DNA from: Variovorax sp.
Lineage (GTDB): Bacteria > Pseudomonadota > Gammaproteobacteria > Burkholderiales > Burkholderiaceae_C
Assembly (NCBI GenBank): GCA_025352265.1
Contig: JANXTS010000016.1
Location: 58,424 to 122,423 of the forward strand
Length of the DNA: 64,000 nucleotides
Direction: 5' to 3'
Positions 59,517 to 64,000 of this stretch are shown in pieces. The notes beneath the pieces are model-generated. The model made no database searches. It was not told where the DNA came from and worked only from the letters and a program-made list of their open reading frames with translations. The position numbers and the translations under genes are program-made. Position 1 is the first letter of the stretch; each line of letters begins with the position of its first letter.

Positions 59517-61388
59517 TTATTTTTGAACGATGTATTCGGGTGACGCCAGCACGAGCGTGAGGGCAGCGTAGACGCGGTTCAGCTTGCCCGCGTCGTTGTC
59601 GGCCGAGATCGTATCGATAGCGGCCTTGAGTGTGGTCAGGGTGCCGGCAGACAGCTCGCCAGCCGCCAGCACCAGGTTGATTTCGTCGAGCAAGGCGCCT
59701 GAATCGGTGGCGATGGCGGTCAGCGTGCCGTAGTTGGGTTTGAGGTCGGGCAAGATCTGGCCGGACACCGCGCGCTGCATAAAATTGACGTAGCCGGACA
59801 CCGTCGACTCGTTGGTGATCTGGAACTCCGGCCCGTTGAGGTTGTACTTGCCGAGGTCGCTGTTAGTGGGTACGTAGCCCGGCCTGAAAAAGTTGAAGAC
59901 CGACGGCGAATGCATCGGGCTCTGGCCGAGTCCGTTGGCCGCGCTCGACAGGTCGCCGATGGCCCAACTGCCGCTGCTCGATGTCACGTTCCAGCCGCGA
60001 GCCCAATTCAAAAATCGCATCACCGGCTCGCGCAGCTTGCCGAAAGCGATCGTCGTGCTGATGAACGGATTGCGTGCCTCGTCGTCCAAGAGGATCTGCC
60101 GGATCACCGCCTTCAGGTCGCCGCGAACGCCGCTGCCGTTGTTGATGAAGGCATTGGCGACGCGGTTCACGTACGCCGGACTCGGATTGCTCGTGACCAG
60201 CCGCTGGATAAGTTGGCGACCCACGAAAGGCGGCATGTTCGGATGATTGAACAGCGTGTCGAGCGCGCGGTTCAGGCTGTCGAGGGCGCCGGCCTGGGTC
60301 TTGGCGCCGGCCGGGATGGTCGTGCCGAGGAATGTCTTCGCGCCTTCTTCATAAAGCGAGCTAACTTGAACCATCGGCGTGGTGAAGGCCACTGGCGTCT
60401 GCGTTCCGCTGCTGGTGTCGTTGAACCAGCCGGTGAACACGCGGGCCAGCCCGCTAACGTCGGCTTGCGTGTAGCTTTCGACTGGCGCTCCGTTGACCAA
60501 CACTTTTGAGCCGTCGTTGTTTAGCTTGTACAGCCCGATGGTGAACAGCTGCATGATTTCACGCGCGTAGTTCTCGTCCGGTTCGCTGCCTGTGGCTGGG
60601 TCTCCTAACTGGTTGCCGACGTATGTGAGATACGTGCCCATAGCGGCGCTGCGCGACACGTCGTAAATAAGGGTGCGGTAGTTGCCGAACGCATTGCCTT
60701 CGAGCACGTCGAGAAAGTAACCCACCGAAAACTGGGGGTAGTAGGCGTTCAACCCGTCGATCGACACGACGAAGATTTCACTGAGGGCCATCACCATGCG
60801 CTGGCGCAGTAGATCGGGACTGGAGATGAACTTGCGCCATACCGTGTTGTCGAGGCCGTCCACGTGTCCGAGATAGGCGGTTGACCCGTAGCCTTGGGAC
60901 GAGAGCCAGTCGACATTCGTCTGGCTTCGCGGCGAGGCGAACTGCGCATCGAGCCAAGCCGAATAGCTCATCGCCTGCATTGCGGTGATCTGTGCCTTGG
61001 TCGCACCCGGCGAGGCCTGCGAAAGAAAGCGCGCTGCGTCTTTGTTGTTCGCTGGCGTCGTGTAAATGGTCGTCCCCGCACCGGCGACGATTGGCGAACC
61101 GGGGATCGCGACGCCCATGATGGGTTCTGCTGCATCCGCAGTTTTGGTTGTAGCGCTGGTGGCGGCGAGGCCGGCGAAGCTCCCGCTGCCTCCACTCCCA
61201 CCCCCGCCGCCGCCGCAGGCACTCAAAGACGCAGCGGCACCCGCAGAAAGGGCCGCAAGCGCGGCAATGTCGTTGATGTCACTGCTCGGGGATGCCGGAG
61301 GAACCGGTGAAAGGGTTCTCTGAAGAACTGACTGGCTCAGCCCATTCGTTGCATCGAACGGCGCCTCGAGGCATTGAAGTTCGTTCAT
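59517..61388 (-). CDS. DUF1800 domain protein, probable lipoprotein
   Basis: 623 aa. Lipobox-like AAASLSAC followed by a GGGGGGSGGSG linker. DUF1800-like core (MQLFTIGLYKLN, LARVFTGW). Stop is 8 nt before the DUF1501 start. Confidence 0.8.
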   Translation of the reverse strand: MNELQCLEAPFDATNGLSQSVLQRTLSPVPPASPSSDINDIAALAALSAGAAASLSACGGGGGGSGGSGSFAGLAATSATTKTADAAEPIMGVAIPGSPIVAGAGTTIYTTPANNKDAARFLSQASPGATKAQITAMQAMSYSAWLDAQFASPRSQTNVDWLSSQGYGSTAYLGHVDGLDNTVWRKFISSPDLLRQRMVMALSEIFVVSIDGLNAYYPQFSVGYFLDVLEGNAFGNYRTLIYDVSRSAAMGTYLTYVGNQLGDPATGSEPDENYAREIMQLFTIGLYKLNNDGSKVLVNGAPVESYTQADVSGLARVFTGWFNDTSSGTQTPVAFTTPMVQVSSLYEEGAKTFLGTTIPAGAKTQAGALDSLNRALDTLFNHPNMPPFVGRQLIQRLVTSNPSPAYVNRVANAFINNGSGVRGDLKAVIRQILLDDEARNPFISTTIAFGKLREPVMRFLNWARGWNVTSSSGSWAIGDLSSAANGLGQSPMHSPSVFNFFRPGYVPTNSDLGKYNLNGPEFQITNESTVSGYVNFMQRAVSGQILPDLKPNYGTLTAIATDSGALLDEINLVLAAGELSAGTLTTLKAAIDTISADNDAGKLNRVYAALTLVLASPEYIVQK

Positions 61389-61536
61389 GTAATCGTTAAC
61401 TTTTGGTGAAAAACAAACGGATTTTAGGAAACGTATGCATTTTCAAGCCAAAACTGTGTAACGCGTAGTGTGTTTTCCTACGCCTCTGTCAGTGAACGTC
61501 CTACATTGAACGAGCAGAACGTTACTTCGGGAAACC

Positions 61537-62127
61537 TCAGCGCCAACCGCCGCGATGCCATCCGCCGCCGCCCCAGCCACCGCCTCCCCAGCCACGTGAG
61601 TAGCCTAAGTTAAGCGATAGGCCGATTGGTGCTGCGTAGTACGGCTGCGCGTACCCGTAGCCGGGCTGGACGTAAATCGGCGCGGAATAAGGAGCGGCGT
61701 AAGAAGTGGCATAGCCGGGTTGCGCGTACACCGGCGCCGGGTAGGCCGTCGGATACGTGGGAGCGCCGCCATTCCCTGACACCACCACGCCGGGCTCCGG
61801 AATCACGTTTTGCCAGGCCGCTGGGTCACCCCGACGCTGCCCGTTTTCCACCGGGTCGATCTGTGACGACAGCACCGGATTCGTCGTCACACCCATGGCG
61901 CTGACCTGGACCTGCATCGTGCGACCGGGAGCCGAGTCGGTGCGCGTTGTGTATCGGCGGCCCGCGTACTCGTAAGTAACGTTGTAGCCGCCGTCGGCCA
62001 GCTGCTTGCTGGAGATAACGCGTGCCTGCTCGACTTGCGATGCCGGCTGCGCCTGTGCGAACGACGCGGCTGACCCGAGCGCGGCCAGCACGGTGAAAGC
62101 TGCAAGATCACGAATTGAAAGAACCAT
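61537..62127 (-). CDS. hypothetical secreted protein with Tyr/Pro/Ala/Gly-rich C-terminal low-complexity region ending in GW repeats
   Basis: ATG at 62127 (AGGAG RBS). Signal MVLSIRDLAAFTVLAALGSAASFAQA. C-terminus YPTAYPAPVYAQPGYATSYAAPYSAPIYVQPGYGYAQPYYAAP...GWGGGGWGGGGWHRGGWR. Confidence 0.7.
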   Translation of the reverse strand: MVLSIRDLAAFTVLAALGSAASFAQAQPASQVEQARVISSKQLADGGYNVTYEYAGRRYTTRTDSAPGRTMQVQVSAMGVTTNPVLSSQIDPVENGQRRGDPAAWQNVIPEPGVVVSGNGGAPTYPTAYPAPVYAQPGYATSYAAPYSAPIYVQPGYGYAQPYYAAPIGLSLNLGYSRGWGGGGWGGGGWHRGGWR

Positions 62128-62224
62128 TTTTTGACTCCTGATGGCGAGGACCAACCCCGCGTTGAACCAGTTCGATGCGATTGTCGGCGTCAGGTTCACT
62201 TTGCCCCCGTTGCTCGAATCTCCT

Positions 62225-62599
62225 TCACTTCGTGTTGTCAACGGTCGCTACTTTGTGCTGCCATTGCCCCGCGTTGAACCCGACCGTGGTGGTGCTGCCT
62301 TTGCCTTCCCAGGCGACCACCGGACGCTTAATCAGGCTGGGACTTGCAAGCAGTACCGCTTTCGCCGAAGCCGTATCGATCACCGCCGTGCGTGCCGCGT
62401 CGTCCAGCCGTCGCCAAGTGGTGCCGCGCCGGTTGACCAGGGCTTCCCAGCCTGGATCGTCGAGCCACTGGTCCAGCAGAACTTCAGGCACGCCGTCCTT
62501 TTTGAAATCGTGAAAGCGGTAGGCGACGCCTTCTTGGGCCAGCCAGGCTCTGGCGCGTTTGACGGTATCGCAATTGGAGATGCCGAAAAGGGTGATCAT
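62225..62599 (-). CDS. ArsC/Spx-family reductase (YffB-like)
   Basis: ATG at 62599 inside track ORF 62225..62815. 124 aa: MITLFGISNCDTVKRARAWL ... LIKRPV. Confidence 0.85.
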   Translation of the reverse strand: MITLFGISNCDTVKRARAWLAQEGVAYRFHDFKKDGVPEVLLDQWLDDPGWEALVNRRGTTWRRLDDAARTAVIDTASAKAVLLASPSLIKRPVVAWEGKGSTTTVGFNAGQWQHKVATVDNTK

Positions 62600-62636
62600 T
62601 TGGAATGGATGATGCCGCTTCGGAGCGTCGGCGACA

Positions 62637-63953
62637 ATGCGCAGCTCCATGGAAACCCTCGCCGACTGGCTCGCACACGCCGAGCGCCTGCACGCAAAAA
62701 ACATCGACCTCGGCCTGGATCGCGTACGCCGCGTGGCCGAACGCATGCGTCTGAAATTCGATTGTCCCGTCATCACTGTCGCCGGCACCAATGGCAAGGG
62801 CTCGACCTGCGCCATGCTCGAGTCGATCCTGACGCACGCCGGCTACCGAACTGCCGTGTACACGTCGCCGCATCTCGTGCATTTCGAGGAGCGGCTGCGA
62901 CTGGCGGGCGAGCAGGTCGACGCCGCCAAACTGCTGCCGCACTTCGTCGCAGTCGAGACGGCGCGGGAAGAAATCAGCCTCACCTATTTTGAGTTCACCA
63001 CGCTGGCGTTGATGCATTGTGCTGCGGCCGCAAAGCCGGAGGTCGTCATCCTGGAGGTCGGTCTGGGTGGTCGGCTCGATGCTGTCAACATCATCGACGC
63101 CGATTGCTCGGTCATCACCAGCATCGACCTCGATCACATGGATTTTCTGGGGACCGACCGCGAGAGCATCGGCTTCGAAAAGGCCGGCATCCTGCGCAGC
63201 GGCAAGCCGGCAATCGTGAGCGATCCGCTGCCACCGCAAAGCGTGGTCGATCACGCCGAGGCGATCGGCGCTGACCTGTGGCGATTCGGCCGGGACTTCA
63301 ACGTGTCGGGCGATCAGCAGCAGTGGGGTTGGTCCGGTCGCGGTCGGCGCTACAGCGGGATGGCGTACCCGGCCTTGCGTGGCGCCAACCAGTTGATCAA
63401 CGCGGCCGGCGCCCTGGCCGCGCTCGAAGCGGTGCGGCCGCTGTTGCCGATCACGGCGCAGGCCGTGCGAACCGGCCTTGCGATGGTCGACCTGCCGGGC
63501 CGGTTCCGGATCGTGCCGGGCCAGCCTTCGCTGGTGCTCGATGTGGCGCATAACCCGCATGCCGTCGCGGCGCTGGCCGAGAACCTCGATGCGATGGGTT
63601 TCTATCCAACCACGCACGCCGTTTTCGGCGTTATGGTGGACAAAGACCTTGCACCGATGTTCGCGCGCATCGGACCGTTGATCGATCGTTGGTACTTCAC
63701 GGATTTGCCGACGCCGCGCGCCGCGAAAGCCGCCGACATGATGGCGCTCTGGCAAGCACAAAACACTCGCACCGACGTCTTGGCCACGGTGCATGCGGCA
63801 CCGCTCGAAGCGCTCCAGGCCGCCATCGATCATGCGGACCCCGCTGATAGAATCATAGTCTTCGGATCGTTCTTCACAGTGGGTGGCGTGCTGGTGCATG
63901 GAACCCCTCGTCTGCAAGCCAAACACCTGTCGCCAGGCGCCCGATCGGCATAG
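62637..63953 (+). CDS. folC: bifunctional folylpolyglutamate synthase / dihydrofolate synthase
   Basis: 438 aa. Mur-ligase P-loop VAGTNGKGST, plus YTSPHLV, EVGLGGRLDAVN, DVAHNPHA. Confidence 0.9.
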   Translation: MRSSMETLADWLAHAERLHAKNIDLGLDRVRRVAERMRLKFDCPVITVAGTNGKGSTCAMLESILTHAGYRTAVYTSPHLVHFEERLRLAGEQVDAAKLLPHFVAVETAREEISLTYFEFTTLALMHCAAAAKPEVVILEVGLGGRLDAVNIIDADCSVITSIDLDHMDFLGTDRESIGFEKAGILRSGKPAIVSDPLPPQSVVDHAEAIGADLWRFGRDFNVSGDQQQWGWSGRGRRYSGMAYPALRGANQLINAAGALAALEAVRPLLPITAQAVRTGLAMVDLPGRFRIVPGQPSLVLDVAHNPHAVAALAENLDAMGFYPTTHAVFGVMVDKDLAPMFARIGPLIDRWYFTDLPTPRAAKAADMMALWQAQNTRTDVLATVHAAPLEALQAAIDHADPADRIIVFGSFFTVGGVLVHGTPRLQAKHLSPGARSA

Positions 63954-64000
63954 GCCGACGATGCAGTCCACGGCGCATTTTTCTTCTCTTTCGCTGCACA

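Noticed and set aside
62484-63971. 495-aa ORF on the - strand
   Set aside because: Antisense to folC, which has clear Mur-ligase motifs. The composition is dominated by R/A/H/D/Q. It is a high-GC artefact.
63961-64000. ATG at 63961 opening a new + strand ORF (MQSTAHFSSLSLH...) after folC
   Set aside because: Only 13 codons are visible before the window ends. That is not enough to support a call.

Overview
High-GC chromosomal segment (about two-thirds G+C by eye, strong G/C preference at codon position 3). Gene content looks like a Burkholderiales/Comamonadaceae (Variovorax-like) betaproteobacterium; that assignment is inference only. I found no rRNA, CRISPR array, transposase, integrase or phage genes, and one tRNA (Thr-CGU). 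Positions 1-33.2 kb (+ strand) are a dense organic-acid/acyl-CoA catabolic region. It holds an Atu/Liu-like carboxylase block, two split ACAD10/11-type kinase+dehydrogenase pairs, four acyl-CoA ligases, four crotonases (one broken by an in-frame amber codon), a FadB-type bifunctional enzyme, two Liv-type ABC importers plus an orphan binding protein, a GntR and an AraC regulator, ChrA, and a decayed SDR gene fragment. Positions 34.3-39.1 kb (- strand) carry a GT2 / ArnT-like / YdjC-deacetylase operon that matches the Bordetella LgmABC and Francisella FlmF2-FlmK-NaxD logic for aminosugar decoration of lipid A, next to tRNA-Thr. Positions 39.3-44.9 kb (-) are housekeeping: fbp, pepN, a HAD hydrolase, and prfB with its programmed +1 frameshift (split in the ORF track). 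Positions 44.9-51.1 kb (-) are the most unusual module: a CHASE3-GAF hybrid kinase with three receivers, then CheR, a receiver-less CheB and a receiver-kinase. All four are translationally coupled and no MCP, CheA or CheW is present. Positions 51.3-64 kb are mostly housekeeping (plsY, ridA, yajQ, murB, ppnP, folC), interspersed with a DUF1800 lipoprotein/DUF1501 Tat-exported pair, a Tyr/Pro/Gly-rich secreted protein and a membrane protein with a Gly/Ser/Cys tail. I see no clear-cut new defence or mobile system; the best candidates for under-described biology are flagged in the findings with modest scores. Many long ORFs in the track are antisense or N-terminally over-extended artefacts of high GC and were rejected.
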